Source: a virus (taxonomy: Duplodnaviria > Caudoviricetes). From it: 47,611 bases of DNA. How positions within the stretch are numbered: position 1 is the first letter of the stretch; the number at the start of each line of letters is the position of its first letter. The translations under genes were made by a program, and so were the position numbers. A model generated the notes under the pieces. That model was not told the DNA's origin. It worked only from the letters and a program-made list of their open reading frames with translations, and searched no databases. This document shows positions 8,314 to 17,405 of this stretch, piece after piece. The stretch is from IMG/VR virus record IMGVR_UViG_3300048998_000237, positions 1 through 47,611 of that record. One strand, given 5' to 3'.

Positions 8314-10478
8314 GACACCTTCTCCTTGGTCCGGGAGTGCTGCTTCAGGTACGACGTCAGGGAGAAGATCCGCGCGGGGGCGGTGGCTGGCGTGCCCATC
8401 GTCGCAAGCGTCGCCTCGTAGTAGATCGAGAGGAACCGGAACGCGCCCTTCGCCTTCGCCAGCGCCTGCACCGGCGCGGACGCCGGGAACTCGATGTTGT
8501 CGATGAACTTCGGGGTGGCGATGATCGGGGCGTCCCAGCCGCCGAGGTCGAGCTGGTCGAAGGTGTACGCCTCCATCTGGTCGACGGTGACGTCCTGCTC
8601 GTTCACGCCGACGGGCACCGCGGTGCCGGTGACGCCGGAGGCGGAGCGGAACCCGATCGCCCAGTACGTCATTCGCTTGAAGATGCCGGGGCTGCTGAAG
8701 TTGTAGGTTTTCGTCCGCACCGTGCACACCATCGCCTCGCCGGCGTACTGCGAGCCGGAGGGGCTGTCGGTGATCTGCAGCAGGTTCCGCGCGGCGGCAC
8801 CTGCGTCGGATCCGCAGAACACCATCGCCTTCCGGGGGCCGTTGCCGCTGGACGACGCCGGCATCTGCAGGACGCGGCCGGGCGCGAGCGCGGACACCCA
8901 CGTCGACCAGACCTGCTGGCGCACGTTGTAGACGTAGACGCTGCCGTAGTAGTAGATGACGATGCGGTCGCCGAGCACACCGAGCGCCGTGTCGATGTAG
9001 CGCACCGGGATGGGGGCGGCGTCGAAGCGCACGACCTGCGCGTTGCGCGGATAGAACTGGTACGAGATGAACTGGTACAGGTATCCCTGGTTCAGCACCC
9101 AGTAGTAGTTTTCGTACCGGACGATCGCCCACCGGTGGTCAACGCCGACGCTCGAGTTCAGCAGCGACAGGGTGCCGTTGATCGGGGCGTTCGGGTAGGT
9201 GAACTGGTACGTCGACGCGGACCGGAAGATCAGCAGCGCGTTCGGGTCGGCGACGATGGCGGTGATCCACTGCCCGTCGCCCTTGTCGACCACGAAGAAG
9301 TCTGTCGACGTCGTCCAGGAGTAGATCGACGTGGATGGGCTGACGCTGGTGATGTTGGAGAAGAAGATCGTCGTCGAGGTGGTCGTGCCCTTCGGCCCGA
9401 AGCACCAGAAGCGCTCGTTGTAGACGACGATGCCGGAGCCCTTGGGCATCGACGTCGTCGCCGTGAAGACGCCCGCCTCCCAGTAACCACCGCTGGTGGT
9501 TTCAGAGATGAGCACGATCTTGTTGTCGTACTGGCAGAAGTCCGACGCGGCGGAGTCCCAGATCCGGGTCCACACCTTGTTCGTCAGGTCGAAGATCCAG
9601 GTGCGCCCGCCGCAGACGCCGATGAGGAACGTCATGCTGTCGGAGCGGATGTAGTAGCCCAGCGCCGTCACCGGTGCAGGGTCGGCGGCGATGTCGTAGA
9701 ACCGGGACACGGAGGCGTCCGTCGTGCCCGCCCAGTCGTAGAACTTCGTGCTGGTGGAGGTGAACTCACCGTCGAAGTAGGCGCCGAGTGTCGTCGTCGC
9801 AGTGACGATGAACGCGGTCGCCTGCACGTAGTTGCCGGTGGCGAAGGTGGCGCCGTTGCGCGCGGCGATGAGCATCGCGGTGACGGCACCGACGGGCGCG
9901 ACGACGCCTTCGTACTTCACCCGGACGTTCGTCGTGCCGGCGCTCGCGACGTCGGCGCTCACCGACTGGGAGATTGTGGCGCCGCCGGCGTCGAGCCACC
10001 GGGCAGTGATGTGGTAGAGGCTATCTGGACCGGTGGCGATCATCGCCACGCCGAAGGAGTACGTCGTGCCGGGCACGACGGCGATGCCGGCGATGCGGAC
10101 GTCGACCGAGGTCACCGCGGTGGTCACCGTGGTGCGCATCGCCGTCGTCGCGGTCGGTGCGTCGGGCGGCGCGACCTGGCCGGTGAACTTCGCCAGGGTG
10201 CCGCCACCGGCGGTGAAGTTCGCCACGTTCGACCCACGCGGGTCGGTGACGAGGTTCGAGACGAACGAGTTGCCCACCGGCGGCAGGCTCCCCGTGTTCT
10301 CGATCGCCGGACGGTTCACCAGCGTGCCGTCGGTGTCCACGTCGAAGTTCTGCAGCAGCGCCACCTGCGTGTCGTCGATCGTCGCGCCCTCGCCGACGTT
10401 GTTCAGCCCACCTTTGAACGGGGAGAGCACCGCACCGAGCGCGGCGCCGCGGGACGACTTCAGCGTGCCGGTCACCAT
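8310..10478 (-). CDS. Tail nozzle / tubular protein B-like (P22 gp10 / T7 gp12 analogue) with an inserted carbohydrate-binding-like domain, 722 aa
   Basis: N-terminal PFKGGLN...NFDVDTDGTLVNRP, beta-propeller-like repeats and C-terminal VRTKTYNF; follows the adaptor gene. Confidence 0.75.
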   Translation of the reverse strand: MVTGTLKSSRGAALGAVLSPFKGGLNNVGEGATIDDTQVALLQNFDVDTDGTLVNRPAIENTGSLPPVGNSFVSNLVTDPRGSNVANFTAGGGTLAKFTGQVAPPDAPTATTAMRTTVTTAVTSVDVRIAGIAVVPGTTYSFGVAMIATGPDSLYHITARWLDAGGATISQSVSADVASAGTTNVRVKYEGVVAPVGAVTAMLIAARNGATFATGNYVQATAFIVTATTTLGAYFDGEFTSTSTKFYDWAGTTDASVSRFYDIAADPAPVTALGYYIRSDSMTFLIGVCGGRTWIFDLTNKVWTRIWDSAASDFCQYDNKIVLISETTSGGYWEAGVFTATTSMPKGSGIVVYNERFWCFGPKGTTTSTTIFFSNITSVSPSTSIYSWTTSTDFFVVDKGDGQWITAIVADPNALLIFRSASTYQFTYPNAPINGTLSLLNSSVGVDHRWAIVRYENYYWVLNQGYLYQFISYQFYPRNAQVVRFDAAPIPVRYIDTALGVLGDRIVIYYYGSVYVYNVRQQVWSTWVSALAPGRVLQMPASSSGNGPRKAMVFCGSDAGAAARNLLQITDSPSGSQYAGEAMVCTVRTKTYNFSSPGIFKRMTYWAIGFRSASGVTGTAVPVGVNEQDVTVDQMEAYTFDQLDLGGWDAPIIATPKFIDNIEFPASAPVQALAKAKGAFRFLSIYYEATLATMGTPATAPARIFSLTSYLKQHSRTKEKVS

Positions 10479-11179
10479 TCGTCTGCTCCGACCTGACTGA
10501 TCTGCGGGTAGTACCCGGACGGGCTCTGGTCGGCGACGATCTGCTCACGGATGGCGCTCTCGGTGTGCCCGCGCTTCACCTCCGCCTCCTCGAACCGCTC
10601 GTCGAGCTCGAGGGCCTGCTGCAGCACGTAGTCGTTGAGCGCGTTGAACAGCCGGTCCGGCACGCTCAGCTGGTCGGTGAGCGAGGTGATCGCGGCCGGC
10701 AGGGAGTCGAAGTAGAGGATGACGCCGTCGGCGATCGTCTCCGCCGGGATCGGGTAGAGGTTGATCCGGTTCGCGTACACCGCGGCGAACGCCGTGCGGT
10801 CGATCGTCGGATCGTCGATGTCGATGCCGCCGCCGACACGGTTCTGGTAGTCGACCCAGGAGATCAGGGGGACGAACTTGCCGTTCACGAGCAGGCTGTC
10901 GACGGCGACGAGGTCGCTGGCGATCGCACCGAGGTCGTACGTGCCGATGCCCTGCAGGAGCGCCGTGGTGACGCTGCGCTTGATCCACGGCGCACCGGAC
11001 GCGAGCCGGCGCTGGCCGTTGTTGATCCACCGCAGCAGCATCTCGTCGTCGAGCTGCACGCCGGACTCGTCGCCGAACTTCGCCCGGACGTCGGCCGCGA
11101 TGTCGGTGCCGGTCATGGTCACCGGCACGCTGTTCGGCGGGGTCGGGTTGTCGGTGAACGGGTCGCCCTCGATCGGCAT
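10472..11179 (-). CDS. Head-tail adaptor (T7 gp11 / P22 gp4 analogue), 235 aa
   Basis: IAADVRAKFGD...LLRWINNGQRRL...NLYPIP...LSVPDRLFNALNDYV pattern and synteny. Confidence 0.75.
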   Translation of the reverse strand: MPIEGDPFTDNPTPPNSVPVTMTGTDIAADVRAKFGDESGVQLDDEMLLRWINNGQRRLASGAPWIKRSVTTALLQGIGTYDLGAIASDLVAVDSLLVNGKFVPLISWVDYQNRVGGGIDIDDPTIDRTAFAAVYANRINLYPIPAETIADGVILYFDSLPAAITSLTDQLSVPDRLFNALNDYVLQQALELDERFEEAEVKRGHTESAIREQIVADQSPSGYYPQISQVGADEW

Positions 11180-11188
11180 GGGATCCTC

Positions 11189-11680
11189 CTAGACGATGAA
11201 CTTGCGGCCGGTGTGGACCTGGGCTTCGCCGTCGACGATCACGCGCTCACCGGTGCGCTGGTCGGTCATAGTGAACCGGGAGTAGCGCTCGGCCATCTTG
11301 CCCACCGACAGCATCTCATCGGTGCGGTCCTGCAGTTCGACGGCGCGCTGCCGGTCCTGCGCGGCCTTCTTCGCCAGCGCCTGCGCCTGCACCTTCGCCA
11401 TGTCCTCGCGGACGCCGCGCTTCGCCATGTCGCCGGCCGCGACGCGGGCGAGCACGCGCTCGTCGCACGCGTACCCGGCGAGGGTGAAGACCCACGGGGT
11501 GAGCCCGAGGGTGCCCTCCTCGTAGACGCCGAACGGCTTCCCGGGGGTGAAGGCGGGGTCGCGCTCGGGGATCTTGCGGAGGGAAAGGTTCGGGTCGTAG
11601 TCGTGCAGCAGACGATCGGTGTCGCGCTGCGTCTCCGTCTCGAGGCCGTGGCCGTAACCACGCAGGTCGGTTGCTCGCAT
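11189..11680 (-). CDS. Hypothetical protein downstream of the capsid gene (163 aa, probably leaderless)
   Basis: TATGAT -10 box at 11687-11692, 6 nt before ATG 11680; good codon bias. Confidence 0.7.
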   Translation of the reverse strand: MRATDLRGYGHGLETETQRDTDRLLHDYDPNLSLRKIPERDPAFTPGKPFGVYEEGTLGLTPWVFTLAGYACDERVLARVAAGDMAKRGVREDMAKVQAQALAKKAAQDRQRAVELQDRTDEMLSVGKMAERYSRFTMTDQRTGERVIVDGEAQVHTGRKFIV

Positions 11681-11695
11681 GGGGTCATCATAGAG

Positions 11696-11730
11696 GAAGG
11701 GCCCCGCCACCACTGGTGACGAGGCCCTTC
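11696..11730 (-). terminator. Hairpin downstream of the capsid gene
   Basis: gaagggcc...ggcccttc imperfect stem with an inner cacc/ggtg pair. Confidence 0.55.
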
Positions 11731-11742
11731 GACTGCAGCGGA

Positions 11743-12954
11743 CTACTGCTCGGTGATGCCGGTCAGCTTCCCGAACGACTGGCGACGGTAGACGCCGATG
11801 TTCGAGTACTGGAAGATCGTGGCGTTGAATGCGTCCTTGTTGGGGACCTGCTGCCAGATCGAACCGGTCTTGTCCATCCAGGACCAGTCCTGCACGCGGT
11901 GGAGGAACATCTCCTTCTTGTTCACCGCGTACGCCGTGCCCACCGGGCAGTCGAAGTCCGAGGTAATGGAGACGTCACCGAAGACGGACTGGAAGACCGG
12001 CTTCGTGACACCGCCCGCGAGGTTGTCGTTGCCGTTGTACCGGCGCAGCGCCTGCAGCGTGTTCCAGTACGAGTTGACGACACCGTAGGTGGTGAGGATG
12101 GTGTCCGGGGTCGCCGCACCGGTGGCGCGGATGCCCTGGATCAGGTGGGTGAAGTCGACCTCGGCGAGCACGCCGACACCGGCCTCGACGTATCCCGGCT
12201 TCCACACCGGCGTGGTGGACGGGTTGATGCCGTGCAGGGTGGTCGTGTTCGACACGATCATCCCGAGGCCCTCCCATTCACGCTTCCAGTTGTTCGAGTT
12301 CGTGCGGGCACGGACCAGAGCGGAACCGATGGCGGCGGTCGCGGTGCCGCCGGAGACGGTGACCGTGTTCGCGATCGGGTCGACCGCGGTGACGGTGAGC
12401 AGCGCCGTGTTGCCCTTGGTCGGGGTCACGTTCGCCAGCGTCGCCTGGGTGAGGACGTCGATCGTGGTGCCGATCTCGATCCAGTGCGCGTCGTCGACGG
12501 TGAGCGTGGTCGCGGTGGTGGCCGCGGCGGTGAGGAGCGCGAGCGTCCCCGTGCCGTCGCCGTACACCTGGCGGGAGAGGTCCTTGGCGAGCGAGGTCTT
12601 CATCTCGCTCATCTCGCGGTTCATCCAGTCCACGAACGAGGTCGCGTTGCCGGTGACCTGCGAGAAGACCTGACCGGTGCCCTGGATGCGACCGTACTGG
12701 TACTTCAGGTAGACGGAGGCGCGGGCGTCGGTGTTCTGACCGGCGTCCGGGAGGTCTTCCATCTCGTTGAGGGCACCGACACCCTGGTTGCGGCCGGTGT
12801 GGATCGCGAACTGGGCCTGGACGCCATCGAAGGTCAGCTTGGACGAGCCACCCTCGACGAGCTCGAGGGCAACGATGAAGTTGTCCAGCTGCTCGTGGAT
12901 GTCGCCGTAGCCGACCTTCAGGATCGCGTCAGCCGCTGCAAGCGTACTGGGCAT
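11743..12954 (-). CDS. Major capsid protein (HK97 fold), 403 aa
   Basis: FAIHTGRNQGVGA, DLSRQVYGDGTGTLA, LHGINPSTTPVWK, WMDKTGSI and FGKLTGITE; follows the scaffold gene and has an AGGAG RBS. Confidence 0.9.
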   Translation of the reverse strand: MPSTLAAADAILKVGYGDIHEQLDNFIVALELVEGGSSKLTFDGVQAQFAIHTGRNQGVGALNEMEDLPDAGQNTDARASVYLKYQYGRIQGTGQVFSQVTGNATSFVDWMNREMSEMKTSLAKDLSRQVYGDGTGTLALLTAAATTATTLTVDDAHWIEIGTTIDVLTQATLANVTPTKGNTALLTVTAVDPIANTVTVSGGTATAAIGSALVRARTNSNNWKREWEGLGMIVSNTTTLHGINPSTTPVWKPGYVEAGVGVLAEVDFTHLIQGIRATGAATPDTILTTYGVVNSYWNTLQALRRYNGNDNLAGGVTKPVFQSVFGDVSITSDFDCPVGTAYAVNKKEMFLHRVQDWSWMDKTGSIWQQVPNKDAFNATIFQYSNIGVYRRQSFGKLTGITEQ

Positions 12955-13024
12955 TGTGTTCTCCTATGAGGCAGGGGGGTAGAGGTGTGCTCGGCTGGCC
13001 CTGGCCCCTACCTGGCTGTACACA

Positions 13025-13068
13025 ACGCGATACGCCGCATGGTAGCAGTCCCATGCGGCGTATCGCGT
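13025..13068. repeat. Perfect 18-bp inverted repeat between the scaffold and capsid genes
   Basis: acgcgatacgccgcatgg-tagcagtc-ccatgcggcgtatcgcgt. Confidence 0.9.
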
Positions 13069-13088
13069 CTTCTGAGCGTGTCGTGCTG

Positions 13089-14027
13089 TCAGCTGATGCC
13101 CTGCTGCTGCAGCTGCGCTGCCATCTCGAGCATCGCCTGCTCGCGGGTCTTGTCGATGCCGCGCGCGGTGCCGGCGCCCGCCTGCGGGGTGGTGATCTGC
13201 TGGTTCGTGCCGCCGCCGATCGGCACGCCGGGTGTGGCGGGCTTGACGCCGCCGCCGAGGCCGAAGTGCGTGCGGAACTGGTTGATCGCCTCGCTGGTTG
13301 CCTTCTCCGCGGTGAGGTCCGGGTTCGACGCCATCAGGTTGATCGCGTGGTTCGCGACGATGAATCGCGTCTCCGGCTCGACCTGCTTCAGCACCGGGTC
13401 GGCTTCGAACGCACCGTCGAAGGTCTGCACGAACTCCTGCGTCTGGCGCTCCGTGTCGGCCTGGTTCTCTCGGTCGAACTGTTCCTGCTCTGCCTGCTGG
13501 CGACGCTGCTCCTCCTGCTCCCAGCGCTGCTCCTGCGCGTCGAGCCGCTCCTGCAGCTTGGCGAGGCGCTGCTGCTCCGGCGTGTCGAGGTCGACGGTGT
13601 CGTCCTCATTCGCCGCGGCGTTGGCCTCCCGGTGTGCTGCCGCACCGGCCGCTCGGGTGAGCTGGCCGGCGGCGACGGCACGGTCGATCTCTGCGTGCAT
13701 CCCCGTCAGCCATGCGTCCGGGTCGGCCGCGATGGACTCGCGCATCTCGTCGAGCTGGTTGTACGCCTGGCCGAGCTCGTCGGGGGTGAGCCCGGCTTCG
13801 CTGGCGGCGTCGATGAGGCCGCGCCAGTCTTCCGGCGCGGCGTTGCTCCGGGCCGTCTCGATCGCCTTCTGGCTGTTCGTGTCCGACTCGCGGATCTGCG
13901 AGAGCAGGGCTTCGCGCTGCGGGCCGTCGGGGAACATCTCGAGCGTCGAGTTCCAGGACGGGTGCGGCTGCCACTCCTGCTGCTGGCCGGCCTGCTGGTC
14001 GGTGGTGGTAACTCCGTCATCGGACAT
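13089..14027 (-). CDS. Capsid scaffolding protein, 312 aa
   Basis: Acidic, Gln/Glu-rich coiled coil between portal and capsid; HPSW N-terminal motif and a C-terminal amphipathic helix. Confidence 0.8.
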   Translation of the reverse strand: MSDDGVTTTDQQAGQQQEWQPHPSWNSTLEMFPDGPQREALLSQIRESDTNSQKAIETARSNAAPEDWRGLIDAASEAGLTPDELGQAYNQLDEMRESIAADPDAWLTGMHAEIDRAVAAGQLTRAAGAAAHREANAAANEDDTVDLDTPEQQRLAKLQERLDAQEQRWEQEEQRRQQAEQEQFDRENQADTERQTQEFVQTFDGAFEADPVLKQVEPETRFIVANHAINLMASNPDLTAEKATSEAINQFRTHFGLGGGVKPATPGVPIGGGTNQQITTPQAGAGTARGIDKTREQAMLEMAAQLQQQGIS

Positions 14028-14048
14028 GACGATTCTCCTTCTCGGGGG

Positions 14049-16604
14049 TTAGGCCGCGGGACCGGGCGAGGGTGCCCCCTGCGGCATGTTGCCAGCGTAC
14101 CCGCTCGGCTCGGCACCAAGGGCGTTCTGCAGCTGCGCCTGCCGACCAGCCGCTTCGATGTGCGCCTGCCGGTGCGCGATGAAGACCTTCTGCACCTCGG
14201 GGTCGAGCATCTCGAACTCCTGCGACTTCATGAAGCGCTCGTGGATCTGGATGTGCACGGCATGGTTGTCCCAGTCGTGCACCGGCACCGCGGTCGGCGT
14301 GGTCGGCTGCTCGGCGAGCACCGGCGCGCTCGCCGACGGGTCGACGGTGACGCCGGGGTCCTGCTGGATACCGGGCATCCCCGCCGTCGGGTCGGTCATC
14401 GCCTGCGCCTGGTCCATGCCCTGCGGCGCCGGCGCGGCCGGCGGCTGGCCGGTGCTCGGGTCGGCGGGGCCGGCGGCGGGCTGCGAGCCGTCGAGTCCGA
14501 GGTTGGCGTCGCGGACGTCGGCGAACGGGTTCTCACTCGGGGCGGCACCGGCGGCGGGGTCCGCCATCGGGTTCGCGCCTACCGGCTGCTGGGCTGCCTG
14601 CTGGTCACCGAGGATCTGGCCGGTGGCCTCCTCCTCCATCTCGTCGATGGAGTCCTGCAGCATGGTCGCCATGATGGCGTCGCCCATCTGCGACTTCGCC
14701 ATCTCCGGGTCCATGCCCTTCATCGACAGGTTCTCGCGCGCCGCCTGGTCCTCATCCACCTTCGTCTGGCGGAAGATGCGGACCAGCGAGCCCATCTCGA
14801 GGGCCTTCAGGCCGTCGACGGGGCTGATCGTGCCGTCCTTGATCATGTCGCGGATGAACGCGATGCGCGCCGCCTTGCCCTCGGGCAGACCGCTGCCGGA
14901 CTCGACCCGGATGTCGGTGGCCCGCTCGAGGTCGGAACCCTGCAGCTGCTTGACGTCGAGCGCACCGTCGTCACCGACGATCTTCACGATGCGCTTCGCG
15001 TCCCAGTACTGCACCGCGAGCGCGATGACGTGGCGGGCGAGGCCCTGCGTGACCATCTCGGTCGAGGAGATGCGGTCGAACAGGAAGTTGTTGTCGGCCT
15101 CCTGCAGCACGCTGATCGCGCTCGCTGCGGTGTCGGCACCGGGGGACGTTGCGCGGGAGACGTCGTGCTGGCCGGAGATGTTGTCCATCTCCTCCTTCAC
15201 CTTCGCGATGAGCTGCCAGAACGTCGCGGGGACCTCGGGCAGCGGGATCGCGGTCGGCTTGTTCGCGCCGAGCGCTACCGGGATCCAGGTGCCGGCCTTG
15301 TTCTGGATGCGGCGCACGTCGACGGAGCCCGCGTCGTAGAACATCATCGGCGCGAGCATCAGGTTGCGGTGCTTCGTCATCTGCGAGTACATGCGGTTCA
15401 GGTCGTCCTGCAGCGGGGTCATCGTCTCCACCGGCGACTTGCGGTAGAACGACCCCGTCTCCACGTGGGTGATGTGGTGGAACGGGAACTCGCCGTGCTT
15501 GTACGGCAGGCCGTCTTCGGCGGCGGCGACGATCTCCTTCTCGATCATCACGACGACGCCGCCCTTGGGCAGCAGCGGGGAGATGTCGGGCTTGATGTAC
15601 GCCTCGATAACGATGACGGTGTCGGGTGCGGCGGTGTTCGTGCCCTTGCCGCCGAGCAGGTAGCCGGACTCGATCACCTGGTCGCCGGACTGCTTCGAGG
15701 GCACCCAGCCGGGGCCGACGAACTTCGCGTACCGACGGCGCGCCGTCTCGAGGTTCATCGGGTAGACGTGCAGGACATACGCCTGGTCCTGGATGTTCAG
15801 CACCGTCAGGTCGGGCACGTACACGTGGAACGGGGTGACGGCCTGCGCACGGATGCGGCCCTGCGTCACCGGCTTCGGCTTCGGCTTCACCGGGTAGAGG
15901 CCGGTGGCGGGGTCGAGCGACGGCGCCTGCGTGTCGTCGGTGGCCGGCGGGACCACGTTGGGGTCCTCGCTGCCAGAGTCCCAGTAGTCCTTCACGAACC
16001 CGTTGCCGGTGACCGAGGCCCACCACTGCGCCTGGCGCATCATGGTGTCGACCTTCTCGTAGTCGTAGAACCAGTCCCAGACCTGCTCACCGGCACGCGC
16101 CGCCATCAGGTCCTCCTCCTCGTTGGAGGACGGGACGATCGTGACGTTCGGGTGCGAGCCGCCGATCTTCGCCAGCTCGGTGCGGATCATCGGCTCGAGC
16201 ACGTTGACGGTGAGTCGGGGCTCGTACGGCAGGCCGGGCCGCTGCAGCATCTTGCCGGCGGCGAGGTTCCAATCCGTGTACTGGCGGCCCTGGACCATGT
16301 CCAGGTTCTTGTACCACTGCCGCTCGTACTGGGTGCGCGCGGCGCGGCACTGGTTGTACCAGCGGCTGATCTCACTGGCGAGGGCGAGGGCGGTCTGGCT
16401 GCTGCGGAAGGCGCGGAGCTCCTCGTCGGCCATCATCGTGATGGTGTCCGCGGCGTCGTCGACCGGCATCTCCGAGACGCCGGCGTTGCCGAGCCGGTTC
16501 AGCAGGCTCGAGAGTGCGTCGGCACCCTTCGCTGCCGCGGCGCGGCCGAACGAGGAACCGCTACTGGCCCGGCTGGTCGGCCGTGGGGAATCCGTAAGCG
16601 TCAA
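14049..16604 (-). CDS. Portal protein (P22-like), about 851 aa; start codon uncertain
   Basis: RLTVNVLEPMIR, VTGNGFVKDYWD, DNISGQHDVSRA, TAASAISVLQEAD and a C-terminal DNHAVHIQIH motif. Confidence 0.88.
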   Translation of the reverse strand: MTLTDSPRPTSRASSGSSFGRAAAAKGADALSSLLNRLGNAGVSEMPVDDAADTITMMADEELRAFRSSQTALALASEISRWYNQCRAARTQYERQWYKNLDMVQGRQYTDWNLAAGKMLQRPGLPYEPRLTVNVLEPMIRTELAKIGGSHPNVTIVPSSNEEEDLMAARAGEQVWDWFYDYEKVDTMMRQAQWWASVTGNGFVKDYWDSGSEDPNVVPPATDDTQAPSLDPATGLYPVKPKPKPVTQGRIRAQAVTPFHVYVPDLTVLNIQDQAYVLHVYPMNLETARRRYAKFVGPGWVPSKQSGDQVIESGYLLGGKGTNTAAPDTVIVIEAYIKPDISPLLPKGGVVVMIEKEIVAAAEDGLPYKHGEFPFHHITHVETGSFYRKSPVETMTPLQDDLNRMYSQMTKHRNLMLAPMMFYDAGSVDVRRIQNKAGTWIPVALGANKPTAIPLPEVPATFWQLIAKVKEEMDNISGQHDVSRATSPGADTAASAISVLQEADNNFLFDRISSTEMVTQGLARHVIALAVQYWDAKRIVKIVGDDGALDVKQLQGSDLERATDIRVESGSGLPEGKAARIAFIRDMIKDGTISPVDGLKALEMGSLVRIFRQTKVDEDQAARENLSMKGMDPEMAKSQMGDAIMATMLQDSIDEMEEEATGQILGDQQAAQQPVGANPMADPAAGAAPSENPFADVRDANLGLDGSQPAAGPADPSTGQPPAAPAPQGMDQAQAMTDPTAGMPGIQQDPGVTVDPSASAPVLAEQPTTPTAVPVHDWDNHAVHIQIHERFMKSQEFEMLDPEVQKVFIAHRQAHIEAAGRQAQLQNALGAEPSGYAGNMPQGAPSPGPAA

Positions 16605-17115
16605 CGTTCAGTCCGTTCTTCTCGAGGAACTCGCGTCCCTCCTGCTCGAGCGTGATGGCTTCCCGGCGGGCGTCCACCTCTACCTGTGACTGCACGACAG
16701 TCCATGCCGCGTCGTCGGTAGCAGGATACGGGTCGGTGCCCCGCTCGGGCGACAGTGCCACGTCGGTCTGGCGAATCTGGCTGTACGCCATCGGCTCCTT
16801 CGACGCGAGCAGCGGGATCAGCGACTCGATCAGCGCCTGCTGCCGTTCAGCGGCCGAGGATGCCCCACGCATCGTCTGCTCGAGCATCGCTGTCATCGCT
16901 CCCAGCGTCTTCGCCGAGTGCTCCGTCAGCGCCTTCCGGCTCTCCTCCGTCACCTGCACCAGCGTCATCGACAGTGCCGACAGGCTCTGCTGCTGCGCCG
17001 TCGCCTGCGACTGCGTCGCCTTCCGGCTCGCGTTCACCAGCAGCCACGTCAGCAGCAGCAGGGAGGTCAGCAGGGCGACCACCAGGGTGGCGAGCAACCA
17101 GGTCAGCGAGTTCAC
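16561..17115 (-). CDS. Membrane-anchored hypothetical protein, 184 aa
   Basis: N-terminal TM segment (LLATLVVALLTSLLLLTWLLV), coiled coil, and GAAGGA RBS before the GTG. Confidence 0.7.
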   Translation of the reverse strand: MNSLTWLLATLVVALLTSLLLLTWLLVNASRKATQSQATAQQQSLSALSMTLVQVTEESRKALTEHSAKTLGAMTAMLEQTMRGASSAAERQQALIESLIPLLASKEPMAYSQIRQTDVALSPERGTDPYPATDDAAWTVVQSQVEVDARREAITLEQEGREFLEKNGLNVDAYGFPTADQPGQ

Positions 17116-17404
17116 GGGAGAGTCCTTCGTAGCGGGGGTCGGTGAGGGTGGGGCGGGCGGTGAGCTCGCGGGAGAGGTGGTCGATCTCCTCGTCCTTCGC
17201 GGCGAGCCGACGCGCGGTGGTGTCCTTGGAGACGTAGCCCATCGCTTCGACGAGCTCGGCGATGCACCGGGTGCAGAGGTGGATGACGCCGTACTGCGGG
17301 ATCGGGTCCGCCCCGAGGTCGACGAGGTCGGTGTTCAGGCCGCACCGGAAGCACTTGCCGGGGTAGGCCGCTGCGAGGTGGACGCGGGTGAAGGGTTGGG
17401 GCAT
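16847..17404 (-). CDS. Zinc-binding hypothetical protein with an acidic tail, 185 aa
   Basis: CFRC...CTRC pairs, GGAG RBS, and start 1 nt after the TerL stop. Confidence 0.75.
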   Translation of the reverse strand: MPQPFTRVHLAAAYPGKCFRCGLNTDLVDLGADPIPQYGVIHLCTRCIAELVEAMGYVSKDTTARRLAAKDEEIDHLSRELTARPTLTDPRYEGLSRELADLVARHPGGRPADLPAAADVAAGEREPEGDAVAGDGAAAEPVGTVDDAGAGDGGEPEGADGALGEDAGSDDSDARADDAWGILGR

Positions 17405-17405
17405 G

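Noticed and set aside
12954-16655. 1233-aa + strand ORF
   Set aside because: Antisense shadow of the scaffold and portal genes.
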